From Histomonas meleagridis 2922-C6/04-290x (lineage: Eukaryota > Protista > Parabasalia), in assembly GCA_020184695.1 (NCBI GenBank), contig JAANOX010000275.1:186001-250000 (forward strand): a stretch of 64,000 nt of DNA, in the 5' to 3' direction. The translations under genes were made by a program, and so were the position numbers. This document shows positions 48,380-61,133 of this stretch, piece by piece (within the stretch, counting starts at the first letter, position 1; every line of letters begins with the position of its first letter). The notes beneath the pieces are model-generated. The model saw nothing but the letters and a program-made list of their open reading frames with translations, was not told where the DNA came from and did not search any database.

Positions 48380-49656
48380 TGCCCCTGATATTTTACCTGA
48401 TCAATTATATAATATAATCAGATATTCAAAAAATTATCAATTTGAACAACAAATCCAAAAATTATTTGATTATACTCAAGCTTTAAAAGATGAAAATTAT
48501 AATGTTGTTTGGATAGATGATGAAGATAATAGATTTAAGAGTTTGTTAATAATGAATTCAATAATTAAAAACTGTCCATTTGCAAATGATATTGTATTAC
48601 TGGATGATACGGCATGTACTAATTATTTCGATTATTTATTCATTCCATTTTTAGTTTTTAACTAAAATAATAATATACGCACACTTGAAGTTGGAATAAT
48701 TATCAATATAGTATAAAAATGTTTTTGTGACATTTTACAATCACTAAAAATGTCAATATGTAATATTTGTATTTTTATTGTTAATTGATTACGACGCCAA
48801 ATTATTGCGATTAGAAAAATATATCCTGATTCGAATATAGTATTTTGCTGTTCACACATTTCACGCATTTTCGAAGACATAATGAAGAGAATTTATAAAA
48901 TTCTCGATTTGTAATGGAAATTCATAAATAGAAGAATATCAGAAGATGATTATAGAAGTGAACTTGAAAACGAAATCAATAGAACTGGTTTCAAACATTT
49001 GAAAAATCCTTTAGATGATAATAAATACTATGCTCCATATCATCTGGAGAGTTTAGGACTTTGGAAACATTTTACAACTAATGGTGCTGAAGGTGAGCTT
49101 GGAAATCTAAAGAAATGGACAGATCACAGAATGCAACTTTTAGAATTATTTGTAAATGAATGTCTAATGTTAATAAAGAAGCATATAAACTCAAAGTATA
49201 ATCAATTGGATGTAAGTGTATACAATAATAAGAAACTTGGCATGTATACTGTAATAAAATTAAAAAAAAAATTCCAAAAATGTAAAGATTTAATTGTTGC
49301 ATCTGAAGATAAATATGAAAAAATCTTTCCAAATGCAAAAATAAAATTTAATGATTGTAATCGTGTCAGAAATGATTTACCATTCCATATTGTATTTAAT
49401 AAAAATGTACAGGGAGTTTATAAACTATCACCAAATTCAATTATCGAACATTCGAATCCAAAAATAATAACTCATTCAACAAATATTAGTGAATACATTA
49501 AGGAAGATATTATTAACATGATAAACATAGGTGTACCAAATTTTCATATTATACTTAGATCTAAAGAGAGTTAATTTTTAACTATATAGTGAAAAAATTG
49601 ACTGCATGGTGACATGTCACCAGGAGACAGTCACCTGGTGACAACCAGTTAGGCCC
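48380..49656 (+). mobile_element. MULE remnant retaining its right TIR
   Basis: DIVLLDDTACTNY, IVFCCSH, TTNGAEG; palindromic TIR end at 49607-49656 similar to the TIR of 50224-53146. Confidence 0.7.
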
Positions 49657-50223
49657 TAATTAATGATTATTTTAATATTGTTTATTCATTTAAATTCTAC
49701 GGTAATGTGAGACACCCTATAATTTCTTCATCTTGTTCAACCCATAGTAAATCATCTTAAATTAAGTCATTTAATAAAATTAATACTCAAACACAAAAGA
49801 TTTGTAAAAAAGAAACCAAATTCAAGAAAAGTAATGTCTATTTTTCTTTAATTTAATCGATATATTAATTCATATAGAAAAATATATTTTTGAGAATACA
49901 TTTGTATTCTGATTCAAATTTGACTGTTATACGACATACGACATAACATAATTTAGATATCTGTTCGTTTCAAATAAAAATATTGTAGAGAAGAGAATAT
50001 AAAGCAAAATACTTCATATAACTTTTACATTAGAGAACATTTTGAATGTCAATTTTTCAAATATGATTCGTATTGAGTGACGGGTAGACACTTTACTAAA
50101 TGAATAAGCATATAAATAGAATTTTCATAGTTGATATAGAATTATTATTACTTCGAAGCCATAAAAATATTAATTAATAATTAATAAATTATGAATAATA
50201 AATTGCATTTGGTGAACAAATAT

Positions 50224-53146
50224 GGGTTTAATCAGATGTACCCCGGGGACTGTCCCCGGGGACATGTCCCCAGGTGTTCAATTTTTTAACACACACTGTG
50301 AAAATTCACGATGTTTTTAATTGCATTTTTTCATGATTTTCGAAAAAAAGAGTAAAAATTGAATATATCGGTAATACAAAAACTCAAAAATACGATTAAA
50401 CCGAATTCAAAATTGACAAATTGATCCCCTACCCATGCTATTTTTGAAAAATTTTCAAACTTTTATTTTGACTAAAATATTAAGATTAAGATATAACAAT
50501 ATATACAGTATAGAAAATTAAATCATGGACCTCACTTTAAAGGGTTCAAAAAATTGCTTAATTAAGTTAACACAATAAAATTTCTTCGAAGTATCTTCTC
50601 GAATAAAATCAGCACTTTTAAATATTCCTATCAAAAAATTGATCATAAAAAAACTTACACAAACGAATGTAAAAATATGAGTTTATCTTAATATATTAGT
50701 AAAATGCATCATGAAAATTATATATGTGTTGATAAACCATAAAAAAAATTACAAGATTTAGTGTTATTTTTTGATATTGTTTGATAAAAATCCTTGGATT
50801 ACAGAAAAAACTTATTAGTTTCATGTTTTTATTTTATTCGTGAATTATTGAATAATCTTCTCATTTTAGGTCTTCCCTTTTTTCTTCCTATTTTCTCTTT
50901 AACTTCTCCATATTGTGTTTTTTGTTTATACTTATCATATATTTAATTTAGATCCTTTTCAACTTCATTAAAAACATTTAAATTTTGTGATCCTATTGAT
51001 GAAATTTTTTTATATATACTCATTAGTTTTTGATAAGAATTTATTGAATTTATTTTTGGCATTTTTTCTGAAGATTTGTCATTACATGCAAACGAAAAAC
51101 CAAATTCATCAATAAATTCAATTGAATCACTAGAATCCTCTTCTTCCTCTTATTGTTCCTTTGGAACAAATTCTTGATCATCTTCTTCTTCGTATAAATA
51201 ATCAGAAAATTTATCTATTTCATATTCTTCTGTTTCTTCTGGATATTCTGGATAATGTTCGTCTTCAGGCATTTCGAGTGTTCCTAAGTGTTCTATATAT
51301 TCAGGGTTTTCTTCAGTTTCATGTGATGCTATTTGTATTTCACTTAAATTTCCTATGAATCTTGAATTTATTAAATGAATAGGAAATGCATTACCTGTTA
51401 TTTTGAATAAAGCTATTAAATGACAACAAGGTAATCCAGCATGTGCAGGATAATGGCATTCACAATCGAGAAAATTTGAATTAAATTCATTATTATTGTT
51501 ATCAATAGCAATATAGTGATCATTATTAATGCGTTTGATATTAATTTGTAATAAAATCTGAATTTCAGCATCTATAATTGAACATTATTTTTTAGATATA
51601 TCAAGTTTATAAACATCTATTAATGGATGATGAAAAGTAAAAGCGTTTTTTCGAATATTTTCTTCAAGATTTTTTTTTTTGATAAAATTTGATAGATATG
51701 TGATCACGGATCTCATAGAGATGCTTTATAGAATTTGTCAAATCTCTTTTAATCATACTATTATATGATTCACCAAGTTGTGAAGAAGTATGATTAAAAT
51801 GAAATACATTCGGTCTTAATGAGACCAAAAGTTTTGATCTAATTGGATATATATTGGTGTCAAAATAGTGAATAATTTCAGGGAATTCCTTGTAAATATT
51901 ATTTAAGGCTTCATTTGACTGAGCAGAAGAACGTGAATAAAAAAAATATTAAGTAACATTAAAAATCGTTCTCTATTTGGATGATTTTTCGATATCAAAT
52001 TCTGGACTGTGGAAATTTTGTGTTTCAAGCATAAAAGATGACATAAATTCGGATATTCATCCATTGCTGAACAAATACCAGGATCTTCATCACTTATTAT
52101 GCATTTTAAGTTGGGTGCGATTGATAATATAATAAAAATCAATCAAAAATAAAATTCAAAATTCTTCGATGGAGAAAAAGCAACTCCCCCTGAAATTAAT
52201 TCCATATTATTCCCTCGGAGTGAAATTGGTATTATTGTCCGATCACAAAAAATTGGCAATTGATGTACCATCGACGACTAAAAAATCACAATATTTGATT
52301 AAATTCTCTTTCTCTTCGTGTGTAACAGTATAAATATCTGCAATTAATCCATTTTTATCTTCAAATATATAACAATCACCTTTTTCATACATGTATTGAG
52401 AAATCATTTCTGTTTCTGACTCATTTGTTTTTTCACTTTCAGATGAGAATTTTTTTATTTCTTCTCTTGTGATTGAAATTGAATATTTTTGCTCAATATA
52501 ATAAATTATATAATAATTTGGAATACCAATTTTCTTCATTGTTGCAATCTCTTCTTGCACTGAGTTGTCTATTTGTTTTGGATTTTGAATCTCATGTAAA
52601 TGTTTAAAATTAGAATTTTTTGATATAATATATATTCCACTGTTATTTTTGTTGAAAGTTAAACGAAAATCACACCCTGTATTTCTCAAATTTTGTACAT
52701 TTTTATGAGATTGATGCATAGTACAATAAAATCGTCGTAATCTATCCGAATGTTTTGAATCTTTTAGATTAATATCGAATCCATTCCTATTTGCTAGTTC
52801 TTTAAGATAACAATTGAGATCTGACCCATTAGAAAAAGATAATTCGCTAAGTTGATCAAAGTTCATTCTTCACAGAAAGTCCGACCAGGGAGCCGTTAAT
52901 TATTAATTCCAAATCTAAATATGAATTCAAGAAATAATTTAATGAAAAATAATGAAAAATTAATATCTTAATTCATATTTGGATCTTATATTTTATTTGA
53001 AATAGATGTTTTTATAATATAGTATGAGTAAAATCATAAAAAAATGCAATTAAAAACATCATGAATCTTCACAGTGTGTGTTAAAAAATTGAACACCTAA
53101 GGACATGTCCCCGGGGACAGTCCCCGGGGTACATCTGATTAAACCC
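50224..53146 (-). mobile_element. complete MULE, ~115-bp TIRs, 9-bp TSD AACAAATAT; transposase fragmented
   Basis: TSD at 50215-50223 and 53147-53155; TIR GGGTTTAATCAGATGTACCCCGGGGAC... at both ends; FAR1-like N-terminus, LVVDGT, ISDED, LCLKH, SWIM CECHYPAHAGLPCCH. Confidence 0.95.
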
Positions 53147-53249
53147 AACAAATATTATGTTCTCCTGTTTCGATAATGTGAACATGACAATGACCATTAA
53201 ATCGAAGTAAAAAGAAAGGTGAATAATCCACTATGTAACGAGTTGTTAT

Positions 53250-53800
53250 ATCTTTTGGTAATAAAATTTCACCCTCATCAGTTATATGTATTTCTTTGCG
53301 AATAGGGTTCGGAAATCCATACTTACAATTTGCTAAAGGATCATTTTCTCACATTCAGCAATATTACAATTATGAAACATAGCTCCATTAACTAAATTGT
53401 GTAATTTAGGGGTTAAGTTGGAAATAATATCTTAAAAAACGTATTTGAAATAATATCAAGATAAGGTCTATTTTCCAACCATAAGAGAGCATGAACATGT
53501 GGAGCTCCACGTGCTTGAAATTTTGATCTCCACGTATAATTAATTACTTTCCCTAAATTCATATCACTAATTAAGCTCTGAAAACCATTTTTTTTCAAAT
53601 TATCGATTACATCAAATAATCATTTTTTCAAGGTACCAGAATCGAATATCGATTTTATTAGAATATTGATGAATTAATTTCATTTTCTGAAATTTCGCCT
53701 TCTTTTCATTCGCTAACTAAGGTGAAAATTAACATTAGGTCTGGATCCCCAAATTGCGAACACACCATTTACCATTATCAATTGTTTTTGTTTTTAAATT
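53250..53800 (-). mobile_element. Helitron Rep (HUH) remnant
   Basis: FGDPDLMLIFT, KFQARGAPHVHALLW, CKYGFP. Confidence 0.8.
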
Positions 53801-55695
53801 ATGATAAAACATGAATGAGCTTTTGCATAAGCATTAGATGTTTTTTCATCTATGACTTGCAAAAATATAACGTACTATGTGCAATGAACGTAATTAAATA
53901 ATATTGTATATTATTTATTTTGTCCAAATAATGGAGGTTAGTATATTCGGCTTTCTTCCTGTCTGAGCAGTGATATTTGCTGCTGCTGCAATCTATTAAA
54001 TTCTGAGATCTCCTACATAGAATTTAGGCCATAATCTTATTCCTTGGAATATTTAACATAAAATTACTGAGAATTCAATGATTAAAGATTTGTTCTGATG
54101 ATATGTCAATAAAAAAATAACTGAAGATTAATATATCACTAAACGTCAAAATTTAATTCAATTTCATCATTCAAGACATCTTCATTATTTTCCTTGATGA
54201 CATTCAACATTATAATCCATATTTGATAAAAAAAAATAAAATAGATACAAGAGGTCATTTTACGACATGCCGCTGAAGGTGGTCTTAGTTATTCGAAAAA
54301 GTGACAAATCATGAGTTGCTCCTACTAAAAGAAATTTAATCGATTTATACATAATTGAATTACAAATAATGATGGAATATCGATGCAAATCAAAATACAA
54401 TCAGTTGGACCAAAATTTAATGATAAGAAGAAGCTAGGATTATAAGCCATTAATAATATTTCAAAGAGGATGAAGAAATGTGAAAAATTAAATATTAACC
54501 ACACATAAATGCAAGCATTGTACACAATCTGCATGTAATAAATTAGAAAAAGATTTACCATGCATTCACATGTGAATTAATAATATTAATTAAATACTTC
54601 ATACAAAAAATGAAAATGATCCATTAATCAGAGAAAAATAAATTCAGGATGTAAGTATATACTTTTTTCATTATATTTCTGAAGATAAACCATCAATAAA
54701 TTTTACAATAACATCATAACCTAATAAAAAAAAAAAAAAATTGGAACTACAACTTTATCATGTCTAAAATGCAATCTTTAGTGAATGCAGCACGGTATAT
54801 AATGCTGTCGTGACTGATTTTTGATTCAATAGTTCATATGATTCATAAGTTCAAAATGATCGACTTTTTCCAAATACATATGTAAATTTATTTAGATAGA
54901 TATCTATCGGGTAATATGTTTTAATTACTCTGATTTCAATTACTATAATAATATCAAGTGCTGATATTTTTGGCTTATCGTAAATCCAGGCCAAAAAAGT
55001 GCCCAACTTTTTGAATGGATCATATTAACTTTTTCATAACTAACCGTACCGATATAGGGCGAAAAAGTGACAGCAATAATTTTCCATTCGATTTCTTAAT
55101 TCAAAATTGAATTGCCGCGACAAATAAGGAAAACCCATTGAATAATTTTGGTTGTAAAATACATTTGAATGCATTCAAATAATTTAATGTGTTAATACAA
55201 TTTCTTGATGTAAAGTGTCAAAATATTTATGTCATCGTCGAATGTCATTATGCTCCGAGTATTTATGATCGAAAACTATTTTTCCATTCTCATCGAATTT
55301 TCAATGGTCGTGATCCCAGGGCAAAAAGTGTTATCCGAATCAATAGTAATAAATATTTTCTATTTGTATTTTTATGCCAACGAATTAAATATTGTCTTTT
55401 GATTGAGAATTTTGCACTTTTATTGATTTTCAAAAATAAATTATTTTGATAATTTATGCGAATCTATAATAGAGTTTGCTGTTTATGTTGTTGAGGTTTT
55501 TTAGAGTTCCATAAAACAAAATTAATGTTCACTAAGTTCTATTATTTATGATAATATTTTTTCATGGTGAAACATTGCACACTTCAAATTTTTTTATACC
55601 CCAAAACTTGAACGTTTTATGGTATCTCTCAAAGCGTTGATTCACATTGGCTCAAACAAAAACACTCAAGTTTATATTAATCTATACAATCATAT

Positions 55696-56135
55696 TCATA
55701 TCCAATCGTCCTCGGCCGCTTTCGCCATATCTTCGATGCTTCCACTGATCTCTTCGACAAGCTTTGTACTCGACGTCGAGTGTGTCTTTGAATTCCATTT
55801 ATGCCAATGACTCTTTCTTTTCCTTATTGCTCTGCACCAAGAAGACAACGATGCCGGCAACGATAGCCACAGCCGACTCGCAGACAATACCAGTCAAAGC
55901 TGGCGCCGTGATGCCGCCAGCGGATGGAGGGGAGGCCTGGAACACGACGGTGAAGAGTTGCGTGTAGAATCTGTAGTATGAAGAATACGCAACGACTCTG
56001 TGATCATAGACGAGCTCACTTCGAACGTTTGTAAGTGACGAGGTGACGACGGAAGAAGAAAGCGAATTTGTGTGCATGGCACATAGAGTTAGCGTGTACG
56101 TGAGCGACAAGGTGGCGTCGCTTCGAAACGATTCT
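55696..56135 (-). pseudogene. captured C-terminal fragment of a single-pass surface protein (copy 1)
   Basis: Ser/Thr-rich stalk, TM (ALTGIVCESAVAIVAGIVVFLV), frameshifted acidic tail ending AAEDDWI; higher GC than flanks. Confidence 0.65.
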
Positions 56136-56481
56136 ATAAATGCTTTTTTTTTGTGTTACTTCATATTCAAAATTTCTTTGGATGTAAAAACTGTATTCCC
56201 CAACATTACGTATTAAGTAAAATGTATGAGAGAAGAGTGATTTTAATCACGAGTCATAATTAAATATAGATGGAACTCGTTCCCAAAAATATCAATGGTT
56301 ATTAAAAAATGTGAAAACTTCACGGTTTAAATCTAAACTTTATTATGTCATTCAAAACTCGCCCACACGATTGTGCTTTATATCAATTCAATATCAAACA
56401 GGAATCTAAATAACAAAAAAATAAAATAAAATCACAAAATAATAATCAAAATAGTAATGAGTTTATATAATGAAATGAAAA

Positions 56482-57069
56482 TTATATTTGATCGACGAAT
56501 TTGTCTTCCTTGAAATCATCTGCAGATGAATCGACTTCGATGCTTGTGCTTGTCATCCCAATTGTGAAGGTGATCCCAGTTTCGGAAACTTTTTCTTCAA
56601 AATTGGTTAAATCTTGTTCTTGTTCTTGATCGCTCCTCATTTGTTTATTGTTCCGAAAACGAATCAATACAACGGCAAGCAGAGAGACTATAATGGCAGC
56701 AGCAACAGCAGCGCAAACCGAAGTGATAATTATCGCATTGTTGTCGCTCGCTTGTGACTCATTTGGATATACGACAGTGAAGAAATTTGTGTAGTAGCTG
56801 TAGCACGAAGAATACACAACGACTGTGTGCTCGTGGTAGACGACCTCCGTCTGAATGTGAGTGAGCGACGTGCCAACAGCGGAAAGCGAAAATGAATTTG
56901 TTTGTGTATCACATATAGTTATTGTATGCGTGACTGACAGCGAATACGTCAATGTGAATGTAAATGATATTATTGCATCACTTCGAAGCGATTCTGTGAA
57001 TGTGTCTGATAGTATGAATGTATTTAATTCTATGAATGTGTTCGATTCTGTGAATGTGAGAGTTGGCAT
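56482..57069 (-). pseudogene. captured C-terminal fragment of a single-pass surface protein (copy 2)
   Basis: xTxTFT repeats, TM (IIITSVCAAVAAAIIVSLLAVVLI), acidic tail DDFKEDKFVDQI; no signal peptide or ectodomain. Confidence 0.7.
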
Positions 57070-57959
57070 TGCTATTCTCGAGTTTCTAGAAAATTGAGTT
57101 GTTTAAGTTTGATCACTGATAAAAAAAAAAGAAAAGAACTATAAATAACGAATAAAATCAATTCACACTCATGAATCGCAATCAATTGCTATAGTCAGCT
57201 AAAAAATTCATTCAAAACAAATATTGAAATGAATTTATATAAATATAAGTTGTGATTGTGCATTGATATTTTTTATTGCAAGTTCATCTAAATGTTTTCT
57301 TAAACCCCTATTTCAGTATGAAAATTTTGAAATTTAGAAAATAACACTCAAAGAAACAGTTAATGTAATGCTTATTGTTGCTCAAGCTTAACTTCTTGAA
57401 AAATTGGCAATATTATTAAAACAATTACTATTATGTATTTTATGAGCGTTTTGAAATTAAAATAAATAAATATTAATGCAAGAGAATATTACTGAAATTA
57501 AAAATTATTGCAATATTCATCATGAGGTTTCCATTATTAGTTCAACATTATGAAGAGATGTTGTGATTGTCGAAACCAGATGCATAGACTTTCTAGATCA
57601 AAATTAAATATTATTATATTTGCTTAGTTATGTTGTTTTATTAATTTGAATATTATGAATCTTAAAACACAACATTATTCAACGAGATATCGTATTGAAA
57701 ATCTATTTTATAAATAATAACGAAAAACGTATGATATCTCTGTTTCTTATGTTAATTCATTAAAATATATTGTGAATACAAGAAATTTATATAATTTTTT
57801 AATTATATTCATTTAATATAATTTTTTATTTGTTTTTATTTTTCTCTTTTTCTTGTTCATATCTTATACGATTTTTTATTAATTAATATATTATTATTTA
57901 TGTGTATTTTCACTTAATTTCATTTTTATAGAGCAATCCTATCTATCTTTATTTTTTTT

Positions 57960-58300
57960 GTTTATCTTTTATCATTTGTTTCGCTTTTTTATCATTCTTT
58001 TCTCATTTCATTTATCATCTTTTTTGCTTATCTTTCATCATTCTTTCTCTTTACTTTCATAATTCTTTCTGTTTATCTTTCATCATTCTTTTTATTTATC
58101 TTTCAGCATTCTTTTCTCTTTACTTTCATCATTCTTTGGGTTTATCTTTCATCATTCTTTTTGTTTATCTTTCGACATTCTTTTCTATTTACTTTCATTA
58201 TTCTTTTTGTTTATCATTCAGCATTCTTTGCGTTTATCTTTCATCATTCTTTTTGCTTTTCTTTCAGCATTCTTTTCTATTTACTTTCATCATTCTTTTC
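57960..58300. repeat. 23-bp minisatellite with a 3-unit (69-bp) higher-order period
   Basis: Units TTTATCTTTCATCATTCTTTTTG, TTTATCTTTCAGCATTCTTTTCT and (C/A)TTTACTTTCATCATTCTTT cycle. Confidence 0.85.
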
Positions 58301-58449
58301 TTTTTATTATTATTTCCCACTGCTTTATATGAGTCTAATTCTCTTATTATTATTTACATGTTGCTGAGTTATGTCCTTCTTTCCCACATTTATGGCATCG
58401 ATATGTTCTTTTTGTTTTATGTGCACCGCATTTTTTTTGGTGATCAACA

Positions 58450-60186
58450 AATAAAGATTGTTTTGTGATTGGTAGACCTCTCTGTGCAATAAATTCAGGC
58501 GATCCTGTGGAACATGTTTTTAAATTGTTAAATCCTATGAAAAGATTGTCAAATAATTTATGTATTTCTGGATTTCTATTTGATCTGCTGCTATTGGAGA
58601 TACCATATCCATAAGATTTGTATACTTATACATATTATAATTATTATTTACTTGCACGGTTTGAATTTCTGTTTCTTCTGTTTCATCAAAATGCTGTGTA
58701 AAATAAATGTCTGGAATATCTTCTTCTTTGACCAAAGGAAATAGACCAGCTTTATACCTATTAAACAATATGTGGCAACAAGGTAAACCAAATTCTGTTT
58801 TAACTTTACAATTACAATCTTCAGAATTAATACTATGTAATAATGGAGAAATCTGTACATATACTTTTATAATATTATTCATTTTTTCGTATTCAGTATT
58901 TAGAATATTGAAACATAAATTACCAAGTTGCTTACCGTGATATAAATCTAAATTGATTTAAATTCTTATTGTTGCAATATTTTTTTTAATAAGCATTTCT
59001 GCATGTAATAAAAATGCATCAATGATATCTTTTAATGTAACAATTGTATGATCTATCCAATTTTTAATTGTAGAAAAATTTCCTTCTGCTAAATTCGAAG
59101 TATAATGATTTCTTAGTATATAATGAGCTAATATCTCCGGATCATAATACTAAAGATGTTTCAATAATGACTGCAAATGAGGTTTTTCTTTCATATTTTT
59201 TCGGATTTCATTATTAATCAGTGAAACGAAATCTGATGCTTTCATTTCTCCATGAAATAATTTTATTAGCGTTTGATATATTACTGAATTAACACCACAA
59301 TGATCTGATACATTTCTCAATATATGAACTCTACAAAATACAATCTTTGGAGTTTTAAAAACATATTTAATTGCTTTTCTTTGAGATTCCAGTCGATCAC
59401 ATATAAATATTCTAAAATTAATATATTTGGAAAGAATAATTAAAAAATCAACAAAATCATTGAATGTTTTCCCCAATAAAATACCTAAAGCAATCATTTG
59501 AGCTTTGTCATTCTCGTCGTAGCAATAACATAAAATTATTGGATACCTGTACTTATTAGTACACATAGTATCGTCCATCACATAGATATCTTGTGCATAG
59601 GGTTTGAATATAATGGAGCTATTAATTAAAGTTAAATCATGGAATTCATCATCTTTTTTTTTGAAATGTCACAATATACTTCTTACTCCATTCTTGAGAT
59701 TCCGTTTCAAGTTGTTCGATTTCATTTATAAATGTTTTTGTCAAAGCATTTCGAATAGTTGTATAGTTGATTTGAAGAGATTGATAAATTCAAATTTTTT
59801 TTAATAAAATATGGCGAAGCATATTTAGAACGCAAATCATTAATTTCCTCTTTTTGTTTTGAAGTAATAAGGCAAAAAAAACTTTCAACGTATCTCTTAT
59901 TCATAGAGTGATTGTGAATCCATTCACCAGAACAATTACATAGGATTGAATCTCTGAACTTCACACTGAAGTGGCTTGGGCAATCCTTGAACCTGCACTT
60001 ATAACAAACATATGATGTAATGTCTCTTTTTTTGGACTCAACAATTGAATATGGACATCGATGGATCGCCATTTGGTCTTTGATATCGATCTTGAAATCA
60101 TCAAAAGCACTCATCCCAATTCTCCCTTCAATATAATCAATGAATTCAATGGGGGTGCCTTTTTTTATTTCCATTTCTATCTGCAA
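58450..60186 (-). pseudogene. MULE transposase (FAR1-MULE-SWIM), fragmented
   Basis: VMDDTMCTNKY, FICDRLESQ, FCRVHILRN, TSNLAEG, CNCKVKTEFGLPCCH. Confidence 0.85.
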
Positions 60187-61073
60187 ATTTATAAATAAAC
60201 GGTTTTATCCGGACGGTTATGTTGTTTTCCAATTTAACCTAACCCGTAACAAATGTAAAACCAAGAGTAGGAAATCAACAAATGTGATCGATACTTCATT
60301 GAAACGCAGACCTTTATAAAATCTGTTTAACCAGTGAATTTAAGTGGAAAAAATGGAATAATTAAAAAAATAGATATCAACAATTATTAGTTTGAAAAAA
60401 CGAAAAAATGAGAGTTTTCGCTGGTCTTAAGGTCATTGCTGTTATTGTGTTTATAAAAAATGTGTTGTTTGAGTTTGATTACTGATCAATTATCAGAGAG
60501 AAAGAATATTAGGACATAGAATGAAACAAACCATTTAACACTTGTGCTTCGAAATCAATGATTGTGGTCGGATGAAATGTTGGTGGACCTAAATTCAATA
60601 TTCGAAAATGTCAAGACCATGACCAGTCCAAATGGCGAAATGGAGTAGTGATCATCTTCATATTGGCCCCCTTGAAAGGAAACACAAGATCAATCTTTGG
60701 TTGAACAACTTTCAGGAAGATGCATTGAGGCTCTGGCTTAAATAAACTTTTGGCGCCACGTTTATTTTGACAAAATCACGCGCCTTCTGATATTTTGCCA
60801 CTGCTAGATAAAAATTCAATGGCTCACAGACGCATTTAATTTTTTTCTGAGATGATTGAGAGTGTTTTTTGGTTGGCACTTTTTTGCCCTGCGCATTATT
60901 GTTTTTCTCTCAAAAGTATTCAAAATGCTTGTCACTTTTTTGCCCTGGATTTACGATTTTCGATATTTTTAGTGTGACTATTAGCTATTAGTCTCATGCG
61001 TTATTCGTTTTGTTAAAATAAATTAATTAGTATAATATATCGTGTGCTAAATCATTAATATATATATAATGTT

Positions 61074-61133
61074 GTCGGGACGATCCCAGGGATTTCTGAT
61101 CCCTGACCCTAGGGTCCCTGAGATCGTCCCGAC
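61074..61133. repeat. 60-bp fold-back element (mini-TIR hairpin)
   Basis: GTCGGGACGATCCCAGGGA...TCCCTGAGATCGTCCCGAC, 19-bp arms with 1 mismatch. Confidence 0.85.

Larger units (their letters stand above)
54972..60961 (-). mobile_element. ~6-kb MULE with cargo (Pack-MULE-like), 9-bp TSD GATATTTTT
   Basis: Direct repeat at 54963-54971 and 60962-60970; 25-bp inverted repeat 54977-55001 / 60933-60957 with 1 mismatch; subterminal AGGGCAAAAAAGTG-like repeats at both ends. Confidence 0.7.

Noticed and set aside
58136-58468. Phe/Ile/Leu/Ser-rich ORFs
   Set aside because: They arise from the stop-free minisatellite strand; no evidence of a real gene.
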